Of a DNA stretch of 64,000 nucleotides, positions 30,602 through 40,400 are shown piece after piece. The notes beneath the pieces were generated by a model. The model was not told where the DNA came from. It saw nothing but the letters and a program-made list of their open reading frames with translations, and ran no database searches. Each line of letters begins with the position of its first letter. Position 1 is the stretch's first letter. The position numbers were made by a program, and so were the translations under genes. The stretch covers positions 18,040 through 82,039 of the forward strand of contig CAVFEQ010000001.1 in the NCBI GenBank assembly GCA_963621535.1, read 5' to 3'. The stretch is from Paludibacteraceae bacterium (GTDB lineage: Bacteria; Bacillota_I; Bacilli_A; RFN20; CAG-826).

Positions 30602-30685
30602 CATTGTACTTCATTGTACTTTGAAAAACAAATTGTACTTCATTGTACTTTGAAATAATCTTTGTACTTCATTGTACTTTTGAAA
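30602..30685. repeat. Three tandem 29-bp units, each with two TTGTACTT cores (6 cores in total)
   Basis: TTGTACTTCATTGTACTTTGAAA occurs at 30604 and 30633, and TTGTACTTCATTGTACTTTTGAAA at 30662. Core starts are 30604, 30614, 30633, 30643, 30662 and 30672. The array lies 28-110 nt upstream of the ATPase ATG. Confidence 0.95.
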
Positions 30686-30983
30686 GAAGGGCTGATTAAC
30701 GCTCGACTCTATTGTATTCAACAAGAAGCAAAAGCACGGCTTTGCAGCACTCAGATGGACACATGAGCGGTCCGCGATGCGGTCGATCTCAGGCCCGTTA
30801 AGCGGGACGTTTCTTTTTGTTTCGTCTTTGACGCCCCATTCTTTGCTTAACGCCGTATCTTCCCCTATTTCCCCATAGGCCATGGACCATTCAATTTATG
30901 GGGCGAGTCATCGTTTAGCAGCGCTCAAACCGTTGATTTAGCCCTAAAATATATAGTCCTATTACTTAGGAAAGCATTCCTTT

Positions 30984-31010
30984 GAAAAAAAGCCCAGCCG
31001 AAGCTAGGCT
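30984..31010 (-). terminator. Rho-independent terminator of the CarD-like gene
   Basis: Minus strand AGCCTAGC-ttcg-GCTGGGCT followed by TTTTTTT. Confidence 0.85.
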
Positions 31011-31027
31011 TAGATCTCTCGTTTAGA

Positions 31028-31516
31028 TTAGGCGAAATGGTCGGAGATGAATTTGGGGACGTCGGTGTAGTTAATGTCCAAAGCCAAAGAAAGGGCTCCA
31101 TAAATCAAAGGCTGCGCGCGTCCAACGAACTGCGAGTCCATGGAATTAAGATGCCCGTCCTTCTTTTTTCTTTGCATAGCGCCTTCTAGAAGCGGAGCCA
31201 GATCGGCAAGGGTGCCGTTTTTCAGCGCCTCTTCATAAGTCGCCTTGCGTTTCTTGGAATCGGTGATGTACCAATCTTTTGCAGGAGAAGGCCAATTTTC
31301 GACCATTTGAATCGCGTCGTCTTTGGTGATCGGCTTTTGCAACGAGGCAGAGAAATTCACGGGAACGCGAACGATGTTTCCTTTATCGTCTCCGAAAAGA
31401 GGAGACAAAACATAGTACAAAACGCCCGAATCGTCACCGGGAAGCGGAGCGATCGCCTGAATCAGGCAAACGCCACAATGCCGATGAAAAACGTACTCGC
31501 TAACCTCAAACGCCAT
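31028..31516 (-). CDS. CarD/CdnL-family RNA polymerase-binding regulator
   Basis: 162 aa. The N-terminal Tudor-like block (VFHRHCGVCLIQAI...YYVL...VRVPV) and a helical C-terminus match the CarD_CdnL_TRCF layout. Confidence 0.7.
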   Translation of the reverse strand: MAFEVSEYVFHRHCGVCLIQAIAPLPGDDSGVLYYVLSPLFGDDKGNIVRVPVNFSASLQKPITKDDAIQMVENWPSPAKDWYITDSKKRKATYEEALKNGTLADLAPLLEGAMQRKKKDGHLNSMDSQFVGRAQPLIYGALSLALDINYTDVPKFISDHFA

Positions 31517-31693
31517 TGCATACTCCTTCTAGCGGAGGCTAATCACAAATTAACGTAATGTTTTTTGTTGCCCCAAGCCGTGCAAATTATATCGGAAATG
31601 AAGCAAAAATGCAAAAAAGTCCGGGAATTCGCCCTTAATTTCCTTAGTTAAAGGACGATTTGCCCCAATTTTTGTTTAAAACGTTGATTTCGC

Positions 31694-32368
31694 TTACGAA
31701 ACGAAGCTTTTTACTTTTTCCTCAAGGGCATCCGCCAAAGCATCAACCCCAACATCTTTTTTAGCGGAAAGAGGGAAGAATTTCGCGTTCGGATTGAGCT
31801 TCAGAATATGGCTTTCGCAGAGGTCGACGTCGAAGTCGAAAACCGCCTTAGCGTCCATCTTCGTGAAGGCGAAAAAGTCGCCGACTTTAAACATCAACGG
31901 GTATTTGAGAGGCTTGTCATCGCCTTCAGGAACCGAGAGCAAAACAAGTTTAAGCGCCGCGCCCGTATCGAATTCGGCAGGGCAGACAAGATTCCCGATG
32001 TTTTCAAGGAAGATGATGTCGAGGTCGTCCTGCCCGATGGCCTCAATGCCCTCGGAAACCATTTTGGCATCCAAATGACATTCTCCAGAGGTGTGGAGTT
32101 GGATCGTGCGGGCGCCGGTGAGCTTGCCCACGGTTTCCGCGTCCACCACCGCATCCATATCGGCTTCCATCACGCCGACGCGATATCCCTTATACTTTAA
32201 TTTATTGATAAGGTTCACGAGTAAAGTGGTCTTGCCTGATCCGGGAGAAGACATGACATTGATCAAGAAGACCTTTTTCTCCTTGAGCTTAGCTCTAAGC
32301 ATCTCCGCCCTGCTGTCGTTATTGGCGAGAACGGACTGTTTGACTTTGATGACGCGGATTTCTGACAT
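31694..32368 (-). CDS. hypB: Nickel-inserting GTPase HypB (no His-rich N-terminus)
   Basis: SSPGSGKTTLL, LENIGNLVCPAEFDTGA and the TKMD motif. 224 aa. Confidence 0.9.
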   Translation of the reverse strand: MSEIRVIKVKQSVLANNDSRAEMLRAKLKEKKVFLINVMSSPGSGKTTLLVNLINKLKYKGYRVGVMEADMDAVVDAETVGKLTGARTIQLHTSGECHLDAKMVSEGIEAIGQDDLDIIFLENIGNLVCPAEFDTGAALKLVLLSVPEGDDKPLKYPLMFKVGDFFAFTKMDAKAVFDFDVDLCESHILKLNPNAKFFPLSAKKDVGVDALADALEEKVKSFVS

Positions 32369-32699
32369 TGGTATTCCCTCGTTTCGTGCGCGTATATATT
32401 AAAGGAATTAGCAAAAGGCGGACCAAGAAATTCAATTCCCCTCAAAAAACAAGGAAAACCTTTCCAAAAAAAGAGGGGATAGGTGTATGCGTTTTTGAAA
32501 ACCGTTGTTAACGCGTTAAATATTAAATTGACGATATTTAAATTCTCTTATGGCATAAATGTGCGCTAAATAGTTTCGACACACTCGAAAGTATTTTGAT
32601 TCTACAAATCGTAGAATCGTCCTTCTACGCATGCGATATGCGCATGAGAGTGCGTTTGACAATAGTTTGCTTAAAATCCTAGCGTCGAGATTTGCGACC

Positions 32700-33797
32700 A
32701 TGCTATTTAAAAAGTCCGGAAAAAAAGAAAACCCCGAAAGCGAAACCTCCTTAGTCGCGGAAAAAGAAGCCGCAAAAGAGGAGATGAGCGCGAATCCATC
32801 CGCGGAAAGCGTCCCCAATACAAAGGCGCAAGAGGGTGACAAAAGCGGCAAAAGAAAGCCGAAGTCACGCAAAAAAGTCATCATCACCTCTTCCATCATC
32901 GGAACCGCGGCAATCGGCTTAGGGGTCGTCACGGGCTTCTTAGCTCACAGTTTTCTGAATCCCGTCGGAGGCGATTATTCCAACGTCGACGCCGACGCTT
33001 TGACTGACAACATCGAAATCGCCCGAAAAAAATATGAGGACGCAAAGAAAGCCGGAACGCCTCTAGAAGAAGCCCTGAAACCCTCTGAGATGGTGAACCT
33101 CTCCCTGGATATGTTCGCTTCGCTAGGCTCCACCAAAGCAGTCGGCCTAGGCTCAGCCTTCTCGATGGGCGTGACCCAGGTAATCCAATCCATCCAGATA
33201 AAAAATGGGGAAAGGTTCTTCGAGGAATCCAACTCCACCTCAGCCTTCGTCAACCTCTACGACCGAATGTACCAAGAAGGCGACACCACCAAAACCTACT
33301 GGGGCAAAAGCAGTGATTACTCTTCACACGAAGAGAAAATCTACACAAACGAGGCATACGCCGAGCTCATGGGCCGCAAGGTGAGCGACTCGATGATCTA
33401 TGTCATCTCCACGAAAACCGCGATCGTCGACGAAGACAAAGTCAACTCGGACAAGGGCGTCTCGCGAATCACCAAGGAAAACGGGGGCTATACGGTAGAC
33501 CTCGAGCTCCAAAAGAAAAAATCCGTGGTGAATTACGTGAAGCAGATGAAGAACATCTCCGGATTAACCGGATACCCAACCTTCGATTATTGCCACCTCA
33601 CCTTCCACCTAGACGAAGACCTGATGCCGCTTGATTACACTTCCTACGAAAAGTATCACGCCACCAAGCAAGGGGTCGGCATATCCACCGCTATCGACGG
33701 AACGTTAACCACCTACTTCTACCATGGTGAGACCTACGAAATCCCGACCTTGGAAACCGAGACTCAATCCGTTTACGAAAGCTTAACCGCCAATTGA
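32700..33797 (+). CDS. TM-anchored ORFan, ~365 aa (cassette gene A)
   Basis: Lys/Glu-rich N-terminus, one TM (VIITSSIIGTAAIGLGVVTGFLA), then a ~270-aa mixed domain with no recognised motif. Start uncertain (32700 or 32631); neither has a Shine-Dalgarno sequence. Confidence 0.65.
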   Translation: MLFKKSGKKENPESETSLVAEKEAAKEEMSANPSAESVPNTKAQEGDKSGKRKPKSRKKVIITSSIIGTAAIGLGVVTGFLAHSFLNPVGGDYSNVDADALTDNIEIARKKYEDAKKAGTPLEEALKPSEMVNLSLDMFASLGSTKAVGLGSAFSMGVTQVIQSIQIKNGERFFEESNSTSAFVNLYDRMYQEGDTTKTYWGKSSDYSSHEEKIYTNEAYAELMGRKVSDSMIYVISTKTAIVDEDKVNSDKGVSRITKENGGYTVDLELQKKKSVVNYVKQMKNISGLTGYPTFDYCHLTFHLDEDLMPLDYTSYEKYHATKQGVGISTAIDGTLTTYFYHGETYEIPTLETETQSVYESLTAN

Positions 33798-33814
33798 ATT
33801 TGAAAGGAGCGATT

Positions 33815-36800
33815 ATGAAAACAAACAAAAGCCAAAAACATCTTAGCCCAAAGAAAAAAGCCCTGCTCTTCAACTCCGGCCTTTTCCTAGCTCTCTTCGG
33901 AATCACCGCGGGGACCACCTACTTCATGATTCCCAACAAAGGAATGGCGGAAGATGAGGACATCGTCGACGTGGATGATGATGACGTCGACCCCGCTTTG
34001 ACCGGCAAGCAGCGCTTCATTTCCAACCTCACCAGCAGCGCGACTTCCGGATTGAATCTCAAGTTCAACGTCTTGGACGCCTATTTCCCAGGGAAAGACA
34101 AAAACGACACCTCCAAAGGCAATTTCATCAACGGGAAAGGAACCCAACTCGCCTTCGCCATGGATGGGCTCTCTCTCCACGGCATCAGCCTCGGATTAAA
34201 AGCCAAACTCGATTACAACGGCTACAATAGGCAACTCGACCTCGTTAAGCGCCTTGATGACATTTACTTTGCCATCAATGACCTAGATAACGAAACCTAC
34301 AACTTCAAATACAAAGCCTCCATCGAGCCTAAAGTCACGGGCGAACGCGACGAAATCACCGGAGGCATCCTCCAATACGAATACGGCGACGTCGATTGGA
34401 TCATCTCCGACGTTCTCGAGATTCTTTCAAACGGGGGCATCAAGGTCGACTTCCCCTCGATCGATTTAAGCAGTCTCAGCTCTTCTTCCGATTCCTCTAG
34501 CGCTTCCGACGAAGATGGCTCTAACGCCATGTCCGACATCTTGGGCTCGCTTAACGACATGGTCGAAGACGCCGCTCATTCCTATTTCACCTGGAATCTG
34601 CCTTTAGGCGAAGAAACCCTCTCCATCGGCTTCACTTACGATAGTGACTACTATCTCAGCGGCGTCGATTTCCCAGCGAAAACATTCGACGGCTCTGAAC
34701 AAGCAAGCTATTCGATCAAAAACGGCGATACCCTCATCGGCACCATCCGTGCCAGCGCAACCATCGAAACCGGTAGCGAGGCAATCGAGTGGACTTCCTT
34801 CATCTCCGGCGATCTCAACGAATACCGCGACATCAAAGACAGCGCTTCGCTTTTCCGCAAAATCGCCCGTTACGTCGCTAATCCCCAATTCGGATTGAAG
34901 ACCACGAACTCCTTGAACATCAACTCAGGAAAAGGGCTTGCTCTCACCCATTATAAGAAAGATGGGAGCAACCTCACTTCTGAGGTAATCGAGACCGCTT
35001 CCCTTGATCTTTCCGCCAGCGCCGACTTCACCGGTGGGCTGCAGAATTTCCTCGCCGACCTCTCTTTCTCCGCCGACAACGCCGAGGCAAGCATTTCCGC
35101 GGCTTATCTAGAAGAGAACGCCTACCTCAATATCGATGACCTTTTGATGGCCAAGGTCTCCAAGACCAATCTCGATGCCCTGTTCGCCAAAACCGCTTCC
35201 GCGGTCAACGAAAATAGCGAAGTCGAAGAAAGCGCTGAAGAAGCGAGCGCGATTGTCGACCTCGTTTCGACAGTCCTTGACAACTTCCCGACGATCAAAA
35301 GCTTCACCGAGGGCCATTACGAGAAGGCGTTTGATTTCATCAAATCCATCGATGGCTCCGACAATAATCTTAGCATCACCTTTGATCTGAGCCCCGTTAA
35401 AATCGATGGGGAGGTCACCGTCAACATCGACGGGACGTATGCAGATGAAGATAACGGCGTCGACACCTATCTTTCCGGCATCACCTTCAAAGAAGTAAAG
35501 CTAAGCGCCTTCCAGCTCGATGGCACTTTGTCTCTTGCCTCCTATTCATTGCCAAGCGTCGACATAAGCAGCTATGACGAGCTCATCCATCTCCCCGGCA
35601 TCAAGAACCAAATCGAGGAAATCACCTCCTCGAAAGAAGCCGCTCTCTTTTTGAAAGGAAGCGTCAAAACCGGGTCGACGGACACCATCGGCCAAACCAC
35701 AGGAGTCAACTTCTCTGGCGATCTTGGCTTCTCTTATGACAAGAAAACAGCCGGAATCAGCCTGACCGCCAATCAGGTCTCGAAGAACTATTCGCAGGAC
35801 CACCACTTCAAATTCGCCCTCACAGGCGATGGGAACGATTTCACGGAAACCGCCTTCAAATACGATTCAATGAATGACTCCGCCATCGATAGCGCCTCGG
35901 GCTTAGACGAAGAAGGAAAGGCCAGAACCAACCCACGCTCCCTTAAGCCCGTCACCGGGCAAATGTCGATCTCCTCGATGAAAGACATCATCTCCACCAT
36001 CAAAAGCGTCATCCCCGAGGAAGAAGAAAGCGAAACCTCTTCCTTCCAAAAGATCGCAAGCTCAATCGGAAGCTTAGTCGGCGGGGATTTGGCAAGCGAC
36101 CTCATCAACAAGAAATACTCCGGCCTCTTCGAGAAAAAGATCCTGGCCGAGAAAGCAAGCCTAGGCGGGGATGAAAACAAATTCGTTCTAAACGGCGCCT
36201 TGTTCGGACTAGAAGAGAATCCGACCGTCACTATCTCTTACCTCGCCAATAGCGAAGAATCTAGCGGCGGCTTCAAGAGCTTCGATTTCGCGATGAGCAA
36301 AATCAACGTTGGCTTAGGCATCGAATCCACCAAAGACGTCTCCGAAAGCATCCTCAATCCTTTAAGCGGCGAGGACACTTCTTCCTACACCGACTTCAAC
36401 ACGGTCAAGACCCTCGCTGAATACGCAACCGGATCGACGAAGCTTGGCCAAATCGCCTCGGGAGACACCTCCGTCTATGACGTCTCGCTCAACGTCGCCC
36501 TCAATATTGGCAAGACGAAAATCGACCTCATCGGCGTAAGCTTAAACATCGCAAGCGAAAAGGATTACATCAAAGCGCATCTTTCCATTCCGTTCATGCC
36601 ACTGATCAAAGGGGTCAACGCTCCTGATAGCGCCGTCTATTTCCGCGATCACGAATATGAAGGAAGACGCGCGGTCGATCTTTATTATTCTTATCAAAAA
36701 GGCGACGAGAACTACGGCGACATCTATATCACCCGCAACTCGAGCTATGGCAAAGTGACCGAAGTCAAAGACACGGTCCAATTGACCGGCAAAGACCTCG

Positions 36801-37438
36801 TCGCGAAAACAGGCGACGAAGGCGGAACCTATTCCTATAACGGCATCGGCTGGCTTCTTGAATACGTCCTTGGGGTCAATGAAAGCTATCTGAGAAAAGA
36901 AAACGCGCCCGTAGAGGAAAACGCCACCGCTGAGGCGAGTCAAAAAGAAGGCAGCAGCCTCTTTGATAACGCCTTCCCCCATCCAGAAGACTTCCTCAAA
37001 GAATACCAATACGATGAAGCGAGCCTCTCTTGGTCGCTTGGGGTCGATGTGGGCTCCTTGCTTGATGAAAGGGCCTTGCTTGGCGATGCCATGGTCACTG
37101 TCTCAGGCAAGAACGTCGCTTCAAGCGATTCCTCGACCTCTTGGAAGACCTTAAGCGGGCTAGCCATCAGCTTCGGCCTAGTCCTTGGCAATCCCGACGG
37201 CTCCCATCAAATCGTCCCGGCGAGCGCGGAAATTGAGCTCGCTTTGGACAATGTTTCCACCGGCGTCTACCAAGACACCTGGACCAATCTCACCGTCAAT
37301 GACTTCACCTCCGTCGTCACTTACAACGAGCAAGGCGAAGTGTCCTTCGCTTATGGCGATGAATACACGAAACATTATAAGAAAGAAGGAGAAGCCTCTT
37401 TCTTGCCGGGCAACTACTACGTTGGCGTGACTTGCTAA
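33815..37438 (+). CDS. TM-anchored large beta-rich ORFan, ~1207 aa (cassette gene B)
   Basis: AAAGGAG lies 5 nt upstream of ATG 33815. N-terminus KKKALLFNSGLFLALFGITAGTTYF is a TM or uncleaved signal. Collinear paralog of gene C. Confidence 0.85.
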   Translation: MKTNKSQKHLSPKKKALLFNSGLFLALFGITAGTTYFMIPNKGMAEDEDIVDVDDDDVDPALTGKQRFISNLTSSATSGLNLKFNVLDAYFPGKDKNDTSKGNFINGKGTQLAFAMDGLSLHGISLGLKAKLDYNGYNRQLDLVKRLDDIYFAINDLDNETYNFKYKASIEPKVTGERDEITGGILQYEYGDVDWIISDVLEILSNGGIKVDFPSIDLSSLSSSSDSSSASDEDGSNAMSDILGSLNDMVEDAAHSYFTWNLPLGEETLSIGFTYDSDYYLSGVDFPAKTFDGSEQASYSIKNGDTLIGTIRASATIETGSEAIEWTSFISGDLNEYRDIKDSASLFRKIARYVANPQFGLKTTNSLNINSGKGLALTHYKKDGSNLTSEVIETASLDLSASADFTGGLQNFLADLSFSADNAEASISAAYLEENAYLNIDDLLMAKVSKTNLDALFAKTASAVNENSEVEESAEEASAIVDLVSTVLDNFPTIKSFTEGHYEKAFDFIKSIDGSDNNLSITFDLSPVKIDGEVTVNIDGTYADEDNGVDTYLSGITFKEVKLSAFQLDGTLSLASYSLPSVDISSYDELIHLPGIKNQIEEITSSKEAALFLKGSVKTGSTDTIGQTTGVNFSGDLGFSYDKKTAGISLTANQVSKNYSQDHHFKFALTGDGNDFTETAFKYDSMNDSAIDSASGLDEEGKARTNPRSLKPVTGQMSISSMKDIISTIKSVIPEEEESETSSFQKIASSIGSLVGGDLASDLINKKYSGLFEKKILAEKASLGGDENKFVLNGALFGLEENPTVTISYLANSEESSGGFKSFDFAMSKINVGLGIESTKDVSESILNPLSGEDTSSYTDFNTVKTLAEYATGSTKLGQIASGDTSVYDVSLNVALNIGKTKIDLIGVSLNIASEKDYIKAHLSIPFMPLIKGVNAPDSAVYFRDHEYEGRRAVDLYYSYQKGDENYGDIYITRNSSYGKVTEVKDTVQLTGKDLVAKTGDEGGTYSYNGIGWLLEYVLGVNESYLRKENAPVEENATAEASQKEGSSLFDNAFPHPEDFLKEYQYDEASLSWSLGVDVGSLLDERALLGDAMVTVSGKNVASSDSSTSWKTLSGLAISFGLVLGNPDGSHQIVPASAEIELALDNVSTGVYQDTWTNLTVNDFTSVVTYNEQGEVSFAYGDEYTKHYKKEGEASFLPGNYYVGVTC

Positions 37439-37439
37439 A

Positions 37440-40400
37440 ATGCCTAGAGAAGAGAAAAGCCAAAACCCTATCCGGGAGCGAAAGAAATCTTTCTCTCCCT
37501 TAAAGCGCCTAGCTCTAGGCGTTTTGGCTTTTTCTATGGCTTCCTGCTCTTTTTCTAAGACAACAAGAGAAGATCAAGGCGAAAGCAAGAGCGAAGAAAG
37601 CAGCCACGTGAGCGAAAGCGTCGGCGCCAAGCGCCTCGCGGAGAGCCTAACAAACTCCCTCACCTCAGGCTTATCGCTCACGCTTGAAGAAATGACCTTG
37701 AAGGCGGATGAGAACAATGTCTTCGAATTCAGCAACGGCTCTCTCGCTTTCGATTTAAAAGAGCTTTCCTTGCACGGCTTGAATTTCGCTTTGCAGGCCG
37801 AGGGTAGCTACAACGGTTCCGGAGGGAGATCCATTGACGCAAGGCTTGTAGATGACGAGCTTTATTTCGCCCTGGAAGCGCCAGGATCTTCAACTGCCAC
37901 CTACAACGTCGCCTACAAAGTCTCCACAAGCGCTTATCGCTATGAGACGGAAGATAGCCGCGATCCCTTGACCGGAGGCATCAAGCAATACGAATTCGGC
38001 AGACTCGACTGGGTTTTGGAAGACATCCTCCAAATCCTTTCTTCCTACGGATACGAGGTGAAGCCAAATTTCAAAAACACCTCCAAGGTCGACTTCGGAA
38101 AAATCTCTTCTTCCTTGGATGAACTTAACGAAATCGACGCAGAAAGCCATTATTTTGTTTGGAATCTTCCTTTAGGCGATACTGTTTATTCCATCGGCTT
38201 GCAAGGCGATGAGGATTATTATCTTTCTAAAATCGATTTCCCGGCGAAGGGGATCGGGGCTTCTGGAACATTAAGCAATGGCATGGAATTAAGCCTTTCC
38301 GCATCCTTTGATTATAACGGGGCTCAAATCACGCCCCCGGAGAATGCCTCAGCTTACCTTTCTTTGGACAATTCCATTGATCTATGGGAAAGAATTGCCA
38401 CCTACGCCGGCAAGCTTTCCTTTGATGTCTCCACCGTTCACAACGAAAACGGCAACGAGGAAGAAGGATTGCTATTGACCCATCACGAAGACGCCGTAGA
38501 GAGCACCGCGACCACTATCGGGCGCCAGGGATTCGACGAAAAGCTCACCTTCTCCCTTGCTGGCGGGGCCAATTTCCAAAATCAGAGAATCAACGACCTT
38601 TCCATCAGCGCCGTCTTCAAAGGCGAGAAGCAAACCAAGAAGCTGTCCGGACATTACGTCCAAGGAGATAACGGCAAAGAGGCTTACGTAGACGTAAACG
38701 GGATCTTGAAGGCAAAGACCAGCAAGACCACCGCGGACGCCTTCTTCAGCGCTTTTGCCGATTTATTGGCGGACGATTCCATCAAAAACGAATACCTCTC
38801 TTCCTTATTTTCCTCCCTTGGCTCCATCACCGATGCTTTCGCAAGCCTGAGAGATAGTCTGATTGGAAAAGACATCGCCGAAAACCATTATGAGCATTTC
38901 CTTGAGGCGTTGATCGCTTTAGAAAGCAAGGACAATCAAATCGAGGCAACCTTCGATTTTGGCAAAGCGGGCGGGGAAGGGAAACTCATCTTCCGTTTAA
39001 GCAGCAGCGACTTCGCTTTGGCTTCCATCACCTTCGCCTCTTTCTCCATTGGCGGCTTCGGCGTGGAAGGAACCTTAAGGATCAGCGATTACTCCGGCCC
39101 CTCTTCCTTTGACAAAGAGCAATACGAAGAGATGGATCATCTGCCCAGCTTGACCGATCAGCTGCAAAACCTCTATCAGCACCATTCCATGAAAGCCAGC
39201 GTGCGCGGCTATGTGCTCGACCGCAGCACAACCGCCTATTCTACCGACACGCGCTTCTCTTCGCTAAACGGCAAAGTCATCACCGAGCAAGGGTTCACCC
39301 TCGAAGGCGATTTCGCCTTCAACCTTCAGGAAAAAGCGGCGCGCGCGAATGGGGTTTTCCTTGACCGCAAGGCCGATTACCTAAATGAGCACGCGATCGC
39401 CTTGCAATTAGACGGAGAAATCGGCGCAAGCACGGAAACAGGCGACATGCTTTTCTCTTATGACTCAAGCAACACCTTGAAAAACGCTAACGCCGAGGGC
39501 TATGGCGCTTTGGATTATGGCAACATCAGCGAGCCCGACCAAGAAACGCTCTATGGCAAATTCAGCGTCGCCTCCTTGAACGACATTTTAGAGCTCGCGA
39601 CCACCTTATTGAGCTCAGACGACCCGCGCTTCACCAAATTCACTTCGAATGCGAATACCCTAGCCACCACCCTCGTGGCCAAAATCTCCCAAGGCCAATT
39701 CGCCCCGCTGCTAAGCGAGCAGATTCTTAGAAGCGTGAGCCGCTCCGGCGATAAAATCGCTGCCGTTGTCGCAAAAGAGGTTTTAGGAAGCGAAGAGGAC
39801 GTCCCTCTAAACATCGAATTCGACGCGAACGGACTTTCCTCAATCGATTTCAAATTAATCACCGAAAGCAAAGAGATTTACTTCAAAATCGACGCAGAAG
39901 TCCCTCAAACGACTCTATCAAAAGCCGATTTGCAAGTTTCTGAGCTGCAATCGAAAAGGGATTCGATGACCGATTTCTCTTCCCTTTCAACCCTGCTTGA
40001 ATACGCTTTGGGATCGGCCACGCTAGGAGAAGACGACAAAAATACGTCCACGTATCACCTAAGTGGAACGGCACAAATAAAAATCCTTTCCGTTTTCACC
40101 GAGAAAGTCCCCTTTTCGATTTATGTCTCTTTAGACGGCGCCGAAGTGAAAGTCATAGGGACAATTGAGGTCCCGATGGTTGTTGGAGTCAACGGAGGAA
40201 GCACACTCGGAGGAACGCGCTACGTGGAATTTTATTTCCATACCTCGGGGAATGATTCAGACGGAACGATCTTCTTCCACCGCGTGAGTTACGCAAAAGG
40301 GCTCACGAGCCTAGCGACCTCCGTCAGCGAAGATTGGGCGAAAGTCAAAACAAGCGATTTCACTGCCAACATCATGAACTGGATGCTTGGCTATGTGATG

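Noticed and set aside
30602-30685. Whether the 29-bp periodic repeat is a CRISPR array
   Set aside because: There are only three units. The non-repeated spacers between the 23-24-bp repeats are just 5-6 nt, no cas genes are present, and the repeat itself is an internal duplication. It behaves like an operator or iteron array, not CRISPR.
30611-30883. 90-aa minus-strand ORF spanning the repeat array
   Set aside because: Its C-terminal half is simply the translated repeat array (…YNEVQRLFQSTMKYNLFFKVQ) and it has no Shine-Dalgarno sequence. At most its 5' part is a stub of a disrupted gene, so it is noted in a finding but not called as a CDS.
32516-32932. 138-aa minus-strand ORF overlapping the leader and 5' end of cassette gene A
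   Set aside because: It is antisense to a better-supported gene and has low-complexity composition, no ribosome-binding site and no recognisable motif.
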